The notes beneath the pieces are model-generated. The model saw nothing but the letters and a program-made list of their open reading frames with translations, did not search any database and was not told where the DNA came from. A stretch of 64,000 nucleotides of DNA, from positions 1,366-65,365 of the forward strand of contig JAVBOM010000083.1 of NCBI GenBank assembly GCA_031550535.1. Direction: 5' to 3'. This document shows, piece by piece, positions 55,722 through 64,000 of this stretch (the stretch's first letter is position 1; every line of letters begins with the position of its first letter). Made by a program: the position numbers and the translations under genes. Source of the DNA: Eubacteriales bacterium (GTDB taxonomy: Bacteria > Bacillota > Clostridia > Christensenellales > Aristaeellaceae).

Positions 55722-56405
55722 ATGTCACAGACTAGGACGAGGGTTCGGGGCACAACGGTACGCAGCCACGCCCCGCTGGCGCAGGTGCAGGGCTCGGAGC
55801 GCCGTTCCGCGCCGACGCGGCCGGAGCCGGAGCCGCCACCTGCCGAAGAAAACCCGACCAAACCGCTCGGGTTTGGGGAAAGAATGCTGCGGAACACGGC
55901 GATCTGCGTGGCGGCGCTGCTGTGCGTGCTGGCGGCGCAGAGCCTGAACACGTCCGGCACGTCGGGCGCGACCAACCTGCTCTCGCAGGTCGTGTCGATG
56001 GACCTGTCGGAGAGCCTGGGGAGTCTGCGGTTCGTGTCCAACCTGGTGCCGGAAAGCGTCGCGGTGTTCTGGAACCTGGGCGGTGAAAAGCACATGCTGC
56101 CCTCCGACGCGGAGGTGGTGCACGTGTTCAGCCAGCGGGAACCATGGATCGGCTACAGCGCGAGCGAGGCGCGGGCCAGCGCGTCCGGCGAGGTGATGAG
56201 CGTCTCTACGGACCCGGCGGGCAAGTCCGTCGTCCGCCTGCGCCACGCCAGCGGCATGGAGAGCCTTTACGGCAACCTGCTGCGGACGGATGTCCTAGAG
56301 GGCGAATGGGTGAACGCGGGCGACGTGCTGGGCGCGGCCAAGGAACTGACGTATGAGCTGCGCGGCGAGGGGCGCGCGATGAACCCGACCCCCTACTTCC
56401 CATGA
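55722..56405 (+). CDS. spoIVFA: SpoIVFA-like degenerate LytM/M23 protein
   Basis: TM helix followed by a C-terminal LytM-like domain (VRLRHASGMESLYGNL...GEWVNAGDVLG). ATGA overlap with spoIVFB. GAGGAGG RBS; alternative ATG at 55716. Confidence 0.65.
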   Translation: MSQTRTRVRGTTVRSHAPLAQVQGSERRSAPTRPEPEPPPAEENPTKPLGFGERMLRNTAICVAALLCVLAAQSLNTSGTSGATNLLSQVVSMDLSESLGSLRFVSNLVPESVAVFWNLGGEKHMLPSDAEVVHVFSQREPWIGYSASEARASASGEVMSVSTDPAGKSVVRLRHASGMESLYGNLLRTDVLEGEWVNAGDVLGAAKELTYELRGEGRAMNPTPYFP

Positions 56406-57256
56406 TCCCGCTCGGCTCGGTGTGCGGCATCGCGCTCCGGATGCATTTCGCCTTCCCGATGCTGATGGCGTCCGCGCTGTGGCTGGGGTACGGGCGCGCG
56501 CTGCTGGCGGGGCTGCTGACGCTCACCCTGCACGAGACAGCGCACGCGCTGGCCGCGCGGGCCATGGGCCAGCGGTTTGAATCGATCGAATTGATGCCGT
56601 TTGGCGGTGTGGCGCGGATGGACACGGCGCTGACGCTCCGGCCCGCGCAGGAACTGGTCCTCTCGGCCGCCGGGCCGGCCGCGAGTCTGCTGCTGTCCAT
56701 GCTGGCGGCGGTGAGCGGCCTGACCGGCCCGCTGGTGCAGGACTTTCTGCGCCTGAACCTTGTGCTGGGGCTGACGAACCTGCTGCCCGCGCTGCCGCTG
56801 GACGGCGGGCGGATTCTTCGCGCGCTCCTGAGCCGCCGCCACGGACGGGCGCGGGCGACGAAGATTCTCTCCCGCGCCGGGGCGGTCGTCGGCGGACTGG
56901 TGATCCTTCTGGGCCTCTGGGCGGCGCTGAATGGCGTGGTCAACCCGATGCTGTTCCTATCCGGCGTGTACCTGGTGTACGCGGCGCTGAAGGAGCAGGA
57001 GACGCTGGCCGCCGCCTGTGTCAGCGCGCTGCACGGCCGCGCGGAGCGGCTCCGGCGCGAGGGCGCGCTGCCCGTGCGCTGGCTGGCCGTGGAAAAGGAT
57101 ACCCGCGCGGAGCGCCTGGCCACCCGGCTGACGGCGGGCACGTATCATCTGTTCGTAATGGTGGACGACGACCTGCGCCAGGTTGGCACGCTGGACGAGG
57201 GCGAGGTGCTGCGCCGGACGTTCACGGCGCGGATCGGGGAGGCGCGTGAGGAATGA
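56402..57256 (+). CDS. spoIVFB: SpoIVFB site-2 (M50) intramembrane metalloprotease, pro-sigma-K processing enzyme
   Basis: HETAHAL (HExxH) and NLLPALPLDGGR motifs with a C-terminal CBS-like module. Confidence 0.8.
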   Translation: MIPLGSVCGIALRMHFAFPMLMASALWLGYGRALLAGLLTLTLHETAHALAARAMGQRFESIELMPFGGVARMDTALTLRPAQELVLSAAGPAASLLLSMLAAVSGLTGPLVQDFLRLNLVLGLTNLLPALPLDGGRILRALLSRRHGRARATKILSRAGAVVGGLVILLGLWAALNGVVNPMLFLSGVYLVYAALKEQETLAAACVSALHGRAERLRREGALPVRWLAVEKDTRAERLATRLTAGTYHLFVMVDDDLRQVGTLDEGEVLRRTFTARIGEAREE

Positions 57257-57509
57257 GCGGGCATGGCGCAATGCGCGCCGGGCGAGGGTCGCAACACGAT
57301 TCCTCCGGGCAGGGTTGTGGAAATAGCTCCGTTTATGTGCTATGCTGTTATCTGAACCGCGGCCTGACAGGGTAGCGGAACAGAACAAGCGGATTTGCAG
57401 GTGAAAAATATGCCGAAGGCGCGTTCTCCCAGCTAAGTCTTACCGTATCAAAGAACACGAGCCCCGCCTATTTCTATCTTCCTGAAATGATTTTGAAAGG
57501 AAGGCGGAA

Positions 57510-58697
57510 ATGGGTTATTATAGTAATGTCAAAAAACTGTATTGGGTTTCGTTTTTTCATTCCCTAATCCCCGCGTATGTCATTGAGCGGCTTTTCTGGC
57601 AGCAGCGCGGGATGAACGTGCGGATGGTCGTGTACGCCGAAATCATCTATGCCACGACCGTGACACTCTTTGAAATCCCATCGGGGATCCTGGCTGACAA
57701 GTTCGGCCGAAAACGGCTGCTTTCCGCATACAACGCCCTCGCGGCGGCGGAATTTGTGCTGTTGCTATTCGCCCATAGCTTCTGGCAATTTGCCGTTGCG
57801 ATCTTCTTAACCGGGATTGGCAAGGCGCTATCAAGCGGAAGCGAAAACGCTTTGCTCTACGATTCCCTGCTTAGCGAGGGCAGGCAAAGCGATTTTGAAA
57901 AGCACCTGGGGCGCTTATCGGCGGTTGATTTCGCCGGTTCGATGATTGCCGCCCTGAGCGGAGGCGTCCTGGCAAGCCTCTTCGCTTTGGAGGTCAATTA
58001 CGCGCTGTCCGTCGTGAGCATGTGCATCGCGTTCATCGTCACCCTGTCGCTACAGGAACCGCCTATGCTGTCAAAGCCAGAAAGCGAGTTTGCTGGCGCG
58101 ACGCGGTATGCAAAGCAGGCGCTCACGATTTTCGGAGCGCAGCCGTTGGTATTCGTGTATTGCCTGACCGGCGCGGTGTTAGGCGCGTGTATGATTTACC
58201 TTGATGAGTTCTGGCAAATCATCATGGAGCACATTGGCGTCCCTGTGATTTTCTTTGGCGCGGTGAGCGCCTTGTCCTTCATACTCCGCATACCCGGGAA
58301 TCTTTTGGCGTATAGGCTCAAGGAGAGGTTCAGATACCACCATGTCCTCGCATGCGTCATCAGCGTGAGCGCCGGCGGATATGCCGCCATATTTATCACG
58401 CCGGGGTTGTTCTGCCTTGTTCCAATGATGCTGCTGTTTGTGATTGCCGGTATCGTCGACCCGCTTGTGGTCGGTTATTTGCATCATCACACGCAAAGCC
58501 ACATCCGCGCGACGGTGGAATCCTTCTCCTCCCTGGGGCTACGGGTCATGTCAATTGGCGTCGGGCTGCTCTTTGGCTATATCAGCTCACGATACACAAT
58601 TCTCGCCGGATTTTTGACTCTGAGCGCCTTCTGCCTCGCGCATTTGGTTTTGTTCGGCGTAATCGGGAAAAAGCACTTCCCAAAGGACGGCGAATAA
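57510..58697 (+). CDS. MFS transporter
   Basis: 395 aa, about 12 TM helices. GILADKFGRKR motif between TM2 and TM3. Confidence 0.8.
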   Translation: MGYYSNVKKLYWVSFFHSLIPAYVIERLFWQQRGMNVRMVVYAEIIYATTVTLFEIPSGILADKFGRKRLLSAYNALAAAEFVLLLFAHSFWQFAVAIFLTGIGKALSSGSENALLYDSLLSEGRQSDFEKHLGRLSAVDFAGSMIAALSGGVLASLFALEVNYALSVVSMCIAFIVTLSLQEPPMLSKPESEFAGATRYAKQALTIFGAQPLVFVYCLTGAVLGACMIYLDEFWQIIMEHIGVPVIFFGAVSALSFILRIPGNLLAYRLKERFRYHHVLACVISVSAGGYAAIFITPGLFCLVPMMLLFVIAGIVDPLVVGYLHHHTQSHIRATVESFSSLGLRVMSIGVGLLFGYISSRYTILAGFLTLSAFCLAHLVLFGVIGKKHFPKDGE

Positions 58698-58701
58698 GCA
58701 C

Positions 58702-58740
58702 GAGCCCTCCCCTGCCACCCGGCAAGAGAGGGCTCTTTTC
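58702..58740. terminator. terminator hairpin shared by the convergent MFS and trxA genes
   Basis: GAGCCCTC-loop-GAGGGCTC followed by TTTT on the plus strand. Confidence 0.6.
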
Positions 58741-58759
58741 ATCGCCCGCGGAAGTTGCT

Positions 58760-59083
58760 CTACATACACTCCCGCACCGCCGTCTCAATATCCGCACGCC
58801 CGCGCGCGCCGACCATCCGCGCCGCCTCCTCGCCGTCTTTAAAGACGACGAGCGTCGGGATGCTCATCACGCCGTACCGCTGCGCCAGCGCGGGGTTCTC
58901 GTCCACGTTGATCTTGATGAACGAAGCCTCGCCGTCCATCTTCTCGGCCACGGCCTCCACATGCGGCGCCACCATGCGGCACGGGCCGCACCACGGCGCC
59001 CAGAAGTCGGCGAGCGTCACCTTCGGGCCCTGCACCGCCGCCTCAAAATCCTTTTCGCTCACTTCGCGCACCTTGCCAGCCAT
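58760..59083 (-). CDS. trxA: thioredoxin
   Basis: WAPWCGPCRM active site. AAGAGGAGG RBS 6 nt before ATG 59083. Confidence 0.9.
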   Translation of the reverse strand: MAGKVREVSEKDFEAAVQGPKVTLADFWAPWCGPCRMVAPHVEAVAEKMDGEASFIKINVDENPALAQRYGVMSIPTLVVFKDGEEAARMVGARGRADIETAVRECM

Positions 59084-59120
59084 ATGCATCCTCCTCTTAT
59101 CCATCGTATTATTGTAGAAC

Positions 59121-59540
59121 TTATCCTTCCTTCTTATGCACGCGAATCACGCGCGGCTCCCACTCGCGCCGGTTCCTGAGGGTTTTGTCGATCCCCCACA
59201 CGCCGAGGAACCCCAGCGCCATCAGCACAATGCCGCACAGCGCCGCGAACAGCTCCTTGTCAAAGCCGATGCCCAGCGGCGCGTAGAGCAGCGACCCCAC
59301 GTACATGCCCGCCAGCAGCAGGACGAGCGGCACAATGTAGAAGATCGCGGAGGCCTTCAGCACCGTCTTTTCCGCCAGCTCCACGTCAATCGTGTCGCCG
59401 ACATCGGCGTCCGCGCGAAACTCTATCCGTGTGCACTGGTGGTTCATGCAGCCGTTGCACGTGGCGCACGCGGCGAGCCGCTCAAACACGACCTGCACCA
59501 CACCGTCCTCTTTTCCCACGACCTCCCCGGTCCGTACCAT
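59121..59540 (-). CDS. RseC/MucC (SoxR-reducing system) family protein
   Basis: N-terminal Cys cluster CATCNGCMNHQC, then two TM helices. Confidence 0.6.
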   Translation of the reverse strand: MVRTGEVVGKEDGVVQVVFERLAACATCNGCMNHQCTRIEFRADADVGDTIDVELAEKTVLKASAIFYIVPLVLLLAGMYVGSLLYAPLGIGFDKELFAALCGIVLMALGFLGVWGIDKTLRNRREWEPRVIRVHKKEG

Positions 59541-59547
59541 TGGTGGT

Positions 59548-61317
59548 TCACTCCTTTGCCGATTGGATGTGCAGCATCGTCAACTGATCGTCCGACACCG
59601 TGGACGGCGTGCCCATCATCAGGCAGGACGCGTTCTGCACCTTCGGGAAGGCAATCACGTCGCGCAGCGTCTCCGCGCCGGACAGCATCATCACCAGCCG
59701 GTCCACGCCGAACGCGAACCCGCCGTGCGGCGGCGTGCCGTACTTGAACGCCTCCAGCAGGAAGCCGAAGCGCGTCTGCGCCTCCTCCGCGGACAGGCCG
59801 ATCAGCCCGAACATTCGGGACTGCATCGCGCTGTCGTGGATGCGGATGGAGCCGGAGCCCATCTCGATGCCGTTTAGGACCAGGTCATACGCCTTCGCGC
59901 GGACGCGGCCCGGGTCCGTGTCCATGTACGGTTCGTCCTCGTCCATCGCGCTGGTGAATGGGTGGTGCATCGCGACGAATCGCTTGTCGTCCTCGTCCCA
60001 TTCCAGCAGCGGGAATTCCGTCACCCACAGTAGGTTGTACTGCTGCGGGTCCACCCATCCAAACTTTTTGCCCAGGAACAGCCGGATCTGCCCGAGCGCG
60101 GTGCATGCCACGGTCGGCGTATCCGCCACGAAGAACAGCGCATCGCCCGGCTCCGCCGCCATCGCCGCCAGCAACCGCTTTGCCGCGTCCTCGGTCAGGA
60201 ACTTCGCGAACGAGCTCTTGACCTGGCCTTCCGCATCCAGCGTCAGCCATGCGAGGCCCTTGGCGTGGTACGTCTTGGCCAGCTCGCCCAGCGCATCGAT
60301 CTCCTTGCGGGACAGCTTCGCCGCGCCGCCCTTGGCGTTGATGCCGCGCACGGACGGCGCGCTCTCGAACACGCTGAACCCGGAGCCGCGCACCGTCTCG
60401 GTCACGTCCGTAAGGCGCATTTCAAAGCGCGTGTCCGGCTTGTCGCTGCCGTAGTCGTCCATGGCCTGCCGCCACGTCATCCGGGGCAGCGGGCACGGCA
60501 AGTCGATGCCCATAACGTCCTTGAACACCCGCACGAACGCGCCTTCGACCACGGCCTGCACGTCCTCGGGCTTCACGAACGACATCTCCAGGTCGATCTG
60601 CGTGAACTCCGGCTGGCGGTCCGCGCGGCTGTCCTCATCGCGAAAGCAGCGCGCGAGCTGGTAATACCGGTCAAACCCGGCCAGCATCAGCAGTTGCTTG
60701 TAGATCTGCGGTGATTGCGGCAGCGCGTAGAACTCGCCCGGGTGCAGGCGGCTGGGGACCAGGAAGTCCCGCGCGCCCTCCGGCGTCGATTTCGTCAGGA
60801 TCGGCGTCTCCACCTCCGTGAAGCCGCATTCGTCCATGTGCCGGCGGATCGCGGAGACGGCCTTGGACCTAAGGCGCAGCGTCTTTTGCAGCGCCGGGCG
60901 GCGGAGGTCCAGGTAGCGATATTTCAGCCGCACGGCCTCGTTCTCGTCCACCTTGTCGTCGATGTAAATCGGCGGCGTGACGGCCGCGTTCAGCAGCCGC
61001 GCGGATTTGACGATCACTTCCACCGCGCCGGTTTCCATCCCTTTATTTATATCCTTTTCCGCGCGCGTTGAAACAACGCCGGATACCGCGACCACATATT
61101 CGCCGCGCAGGCTCTCGCCCAGGGCGAACGTCTCGGCGTCGCACGTCTCGGTGTTGAACATCGCCTGCACGATGCCCGCGCGGTCGCGCAGCCACACGAA
61201 GATCACGCCGCCCAGGTTCCTGGTGCGCTGCACCCAGCCGTTCAGGGTGATGGTCTGCCCCACGTTGCTTTCCCGCACCTCGCCGCACATCATGGTGCGC
61301 TGCCAGTTCTCAAGCAT
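59548..61317 (-). CDS. aspS: aspartate--tRNA ligase
   Basis: GWVQRTRNLGGVIFVWLRDRAGIVQ OB-fold, then class II motifs FRDED, GGFAFGVDRL. The ATG overlaps the hisS stop (ATGCTTGA). Confidence 0.9.
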   Translation of the reverse strand: MLENWQRTMMCGEVRESNVGQTITLNGWVQRTRNLGGVIFVWLRDRAGIVQAMFNTETCDAETFALGESLRGEYVVAVSGVVSTRAEKDINKGMETGAVEVIVKSARLLNAAVTPPIYIDDKVDENEAVRLKYRYLDLRRPALQKTLRLRSKAVSAIRRHMDECGFTEVETPILTKSTPEGARDFLVPSRLHPGEFYALPQSPQIYKQLLMLAGFDRYYQLARCFRDEDSRADRQPEFTQIDLEMSFVKPEDVQAVVEGAFVRVFKDVMGIDLPCPLPRMTWRQAMDDYGSDKPDTRFEMRLTDVTETVRGSGFSVFESAPSVRGINAKGGAAKLSRKEIDALGELAKTYHAKGLAWLTLDAEGQVKSSFAKFLTEDAAKRLLAAMAAEPGDALFFVADTPTVACTALGQIRLFLGKKFGWVDPQQYNLLWVTEFPLLEWDEDDKRFVAMHHPFTSAMDEDEPYMDTDPGRVRAKAYDLVLNGIEMGSGSIRIHDSAMQSRMFGLIGLSAEEAQTRFGFLLEAFKYGTPPHGGFAFGVDRLVMMLSGAETLRDVIAFPKVQNASCLMMGTPSTVSDDQLTMLHIQSAKE

Positions 61318-62584
61318 GTGCAATGCCCCCTTTGATGATCTCAACCGCTTTATCCAGCGGAATTTCCAGCTCTTCCTTGGTCTCCATATCGCGCAGCTTC
61401 ACCGCGCCGCGCGCCAGCTCGTCGCCGCCGACGATCACGACCTTCGGCGCGCCGCACTTGTCCGCGCTCTTGAACTGCGCCTTCAGGCTCCGGCCCTGGT
61501 GGTCCATCTCCACCTTGACGCCCGTGGCGCGCAGCCCTTCCGTCAGCGCGAGCGCGGGAATCCTCGCCTCCGCGCCGATCGCGGCGACGTACACATCGAA
61601 CAAGCGCGGCTCGGGCACGGCAACGCCCTTCTGGTCGAGCAGCATGAGGACCCGCTCAATGCCCATGCCAAAACCCATGCCCGGCATCGAAGGGCCGCCC
61701 AGCATCTCCACCAGCCCGTCGTACCGGCCGCCGGCGCACACGGCTAGCGACGCGCCGCCATCGGCCCGCATGATGATCTCAAAGACCGTGCGGGTGTAAT
61801 AATCCAGCCCGCGAACGATGCGCGGATCAATCTGGTACGGAATATCCAGCGCGGTGAGCGCCGCTTTTACGCCTTCAAAGTGCGCCTGGCAATCTTCGCA
61901 GAGATATTCCAACATGCTGGGCGCTTCCGTCAGTTGCGCCTGGCACTTTTCGTTCTTGCAATCCAGAATGCGCAGCGGGTTGCGCTGGTAGCGGTCCTTG
62001 CACGTATCGCACAGCGTATCGATGCGCTCGGCGAGGAACGCGCGCAGCGCGTCGTTGTACACCTTGCGGCACGCCGGGCAGCCGATGGAGTTGACGCTGA
62101 CCGACAGGCCGTCCAGGCCCGTTTCCGTCAGCATGCGCATCGCCAGCGCAATAACCTCCGCGTCGCTCGTCGGCTCCGCCGCGCCGAATATCTCCACGCC
62201 GAACTGGTGATGCTCGCGGTAGCGGCCGCTCTGCGGGGCCTCATAGCGGAAGATGGGCGCGGACAGATAGTACATCTTTACCGGCAGCGGCCCGGCGTAC
62301 AGGCTGTGCTCCACCAGCGCGCGCACCGCGCCCGCCGTGCCCTCCGGCTTCAGCGTGATGGACCGCCCGCCCTTATCCTCAAACGTGTACATCTCCTTCT
62401 GCACGATGTCGGTCGTATCGCCGACGCCGCGCAAAAAGAGCTCCGTATGCTCAAACACCGGCGTGCGCACCTCGCGGTAGCCGGCCAGCGCCGCCACGCG
62501 GCGGCAAATCGCTTCCACCGCCTGCCAGCGGTAGCTTTCCTGCGGCAGGACGTCCTTCGTTCCCCTGGGCGCCTGTGTCAACAT
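61310..62584 (-). CDS. hisS: histidine--tRNA ligase
   Basis: PRGTKDVLP start. RYREHHQFGVE and GGRYDGL motifs. ATG 62584 follows AAGGGGGA. Confidence 0.9.
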   Translation of the reverse strand: MLTQAPRGTKDVLPQESYRWQAVEAICRRVAALAGYREVRTPVFEHTELFLRGVGDTTDIVQKEMYTFEDKGGRSITLKPEGTAGAVRALVEHSLYAGPLPVKMYYLSAPIFRYEAPQSGRYREHHQFGVEIFGAAEPTSDAEVIALAMRMLTETGLDGLSVSVNSIGCPACRKVYNDALRAFLAERIDTLCDTCKDRYQRNPLRILDCKNEKCQAQLTEAPSMLEYLCEDCQAHFEGVKAALTALDIPYQIDPRIVRGLDYYTRTVFEIIMRADGGASLAVCAGGRYDGLVEMLGGPSMPGMGFGMGIERVLMLLDQKGVAVPEPRLFDVYVAAIGAEARIPALALTEGLRATGVKVEMDHQGRSLKAQFKSADKCGAPKVVIVGGDELARGAVKLRDMETKEELEIPLDKAVEIIKGGIAHA

Positions 62585-62589
62585 GTCTT

Positions 62590-62870
62590 TTCCCCCTTTG
62601 GTCGGTACGGGCTGCGGGCGGCTTCGCCGCGCGGCGCATGCGCCCTTCCCGCCGATGAATGCAAAACGCCCCCCGCCCGCAATGGGACGGAAGGCCGTGG
62701 TGCCACCCATGTTTGCCTTTGCGTAGCCTCATTATCACACCGCTTGATGCCAGCATACACCGTGGGTGTCAGCAAGCAGTCCGCAAAAGCCTTTGTCCGC
62801 CGTATCGGGGCGGTGCGCCGGCGTTTCCGCCGGAGGCTCCGGGGTCGTCACGCCCTTCATTGCCCTATCA
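62590..62870 (-). promoter_or_regulatory. probable T-box leader of the hisS-aspS operon
   Basis: Minus strand has the T-box-like sequence ATGGGTGGCACCACGG (62695-62708). It is followed by the hairpin CCTTCCGTCC-CATTGC-GGGCGGGGGG and CGTTTT. Stem I looks short and non-canonical. A CAC triplet lies at 62813-62815. Confidence 0.55.
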
Positions 62871-62874
62871 TGGA

Positions 62875-62903
62875 ATTATAGCGGGGCGGGCGGGGGTTGT
62901 CAA
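62875..62903 (-). promoter_or_regulatory. sigma-A promoter of the hisS leader
   Basis: Minus strand reads TTGACA-N17-TATAAT. Confidence 0.7.
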
Positions 62904-62946
62904 GGGAGAGTTTCCGTTATTGGCCCGCTTCGATCAACCTCCCCGG

Positions 62947-64000
62947 TTAACCTGCCGCCATCAATTTTGCAGCAGCATCGACCAACTGATCTTTGAAGCT
63001 AACTAGCTCGCCATTTGTTCCAAACGCAATCCTTTCATCCTTTTCCCCCAACGCGGGGAAAGAAAGATAGTGTTTTTTCCCTGATAGCCAAATCCTACAG
63101 ATGCACTTCCTTGGCTTCCCGTCAAGCAATATTGAGAAGTAGGAAACTCCATCCTTGTAGGACACCCTGCCAACATCGACGGTATCGTGCAACAAGGTCC
63201 GAATGATGATATACGCTTCCATCTCCTCGTTTGTCGTCTCTACCTTTGGTTTTTCTTCCGTTGCCTCCGCTTTTTCGATATTTTCTTCCTTGTGCGCCGC
63301 TTCGGCCGCGTTTGTTTCCATCATGGACTTGAACCGCTCGTTCAAAAGATCGTTCACATACTGCACAAAAGAGCGTTTCGTGATGAACGTGAACTTGTCG
63401 ACGACCTGCGCCGTTCTCCTTCCAGGATAGGAAACCTTCTTTATAATAAAGTTTACAAAATCCTCATCGGGCTCGCTGGCTTGTTTGGCAAGCATCGCTT
63501 TGATCGCCGACGTATACTTCAGATCCGAGGCGACCCCCGAGATGCTGTCGATGTCCAGCGAGTTTTTATGGAATCTCTTGAGCTCCGGCACCAGTGTCTC
63601 CTTGATATCGCGGATATCCACTTCCATAAACGGTGATTCATCCATCTTGTTCGGCTCATCCAGATCAGTAAAAAACCGGTATATAATCCCATTTGTCAAT
63701 ATTGCCAGCTTGGCTTTTCTCGTCGCGAAATAGCGAAACAGCTGCGAGTCATGTCCCTCAAGTCTTTCCCCACACCACTTTGCCTCGATGAGAACAACGG
63801 GTTCCCCGTCTTTCATGATCGCATAGTCGACTTTCTCGCCTTTCTTGATCCCCACATCGGCCGTATACTCGGGGAGGAATTCCTCTGGATTGAACACATC
63901 ATACCCGAGTATCCGAAAGAACGGGAGCACCAGCGCGTTCTTCGTGGCTTCTTCCGTTGTAAGTTTAGCAGAAATTTCGGATACCCTGGATGAGAGCTGC
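62947..64000 (-). CDS. HsdR_N-type (PD-(D/E)xK nuclease fold) domain protein, 5' end beyond the window
   Basis: LPFFRILGY...VDYAI...VLIEAKW matches the type I restriction R-subunit N-terminal nuclease-fold motif. The frame stays open to position 64000. Local GC is visibly lower, about 42-50% in sampled 60-nt lines. Confidence 0.65.
   Translation of the reverse strand, partial: QLSSRVSEISAKLTTEEATKNALVLPFFRILGYDVFNPEEFLPEYTADVGIKKGEKVDYAIMKDGEPVVLIEAKWCGERLEGHDSQLFRYFATRKAKLAILTNGIIYRFFTDLDEPNKMDESPFMEVDIRDIKETLVPELKRFHKNSLDIDSISGVASDLKYTSAIKAMLAKQASEPDEDFVNFIIKKVSYPGRRTAQVVDKFTFITKRSFVQYVNDLLNERFKSMMETNAAEAAHKEENIEKAEATEEKPKVETTNEEMEAYIIIRTLLHDTVDVGRVSYKDGVSYFSILLDGKPRKCICRIWLSGKKHYLSFPALGEKDERIAFGTNGELVSFKDQLVDAAAKLMAAG

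Noticed and set aside
335-57141. Very long ORFs antisense to, or out of frame with, the called genes. Examples: 335..1657(-), 5576..7453(-), 9525..11378(-), 16933..19566(+), 36120..37580(-), 38983..40242(-), 43724..44920(-), 54683..56095(-), 56206..57141(-).
   Set aside because: Their products are Arg/Ala/Gly/Pro-rich low-complexity strings. They have no RBS and no family motifs. Each overlaps a gene with strong motif support on the other strand or in another frame. These are typical shadow ORFs of high-GC DNA.
1-64000. Looked for transposases, integrases, phage genes, toxin-antitoxin pairs, CRISPR-Cas, restriction-modification or other multi-gene defence systems.
   Set aside because: Nothing was recognisable apart from the single partial HsdR_N-type gene at the right edge. 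The window is otherwise core metabolism, envelope, sporulation and translation genes.

Overview
High-GC (roughly 65% by eye) chromosomal segment of a spore-forming Firmicutes/Clostridia-type organism. It carries sigK, spoIVFA-spoIVFB, a spo0E-like gene, rplI-dnaB, rnj, cdaA-cdaR and a T-box-led hisS-aspS operon. Most of the window is ordinary housekeeping, transport and cell-envelope coding sequence. I found no rRNA or tRNA gene, CRISPR array, transposase, integrase, prophage or recognisable defence operon.

The strongest unexplained signal is not a gene. It is a very abundant ~63-bp two-hairpin repeat, called R63 here, with about 20-23 copies or fragments between 1.1 and 54.1 kb.
- Both stems are preserved by compensatory base changes.
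- Copies are almost always co-oriented with the flanking transcription unit.
- There is one 3x tandem array, between cdaA and cdaR.
- One copy is split by a 144-bp insert.
- Three copies are read in-frame inside ORFs, one of them in a GNAT gene that also has a frameshift.
- Two copies supply the TAG stop codon, for araB and cdaA.

Other items worth a second look:
- an in-frame amber codon in mltG;
- a T-box-controlled ABC transporter operon with an embedded NUDIX gene;
- a 2.06-kb tandem duplication of an SH3 + 5x peptidoglycan-binding protein with an uncharacterised C-terminal domain;
- a secreted caspase-like (C14) protease;
- a 1029-aa repeat protein translationally coupled to a monofunctional riboflavin kinase;
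- a low-GC patch with an HsdR_N-type nuclease-fold gene at the right edge.

All calls come from reading the sequence and the ORF track. No searches or computed alignments were run. Repeat and regulatory coordinates are accurate to a few nucleotides only.
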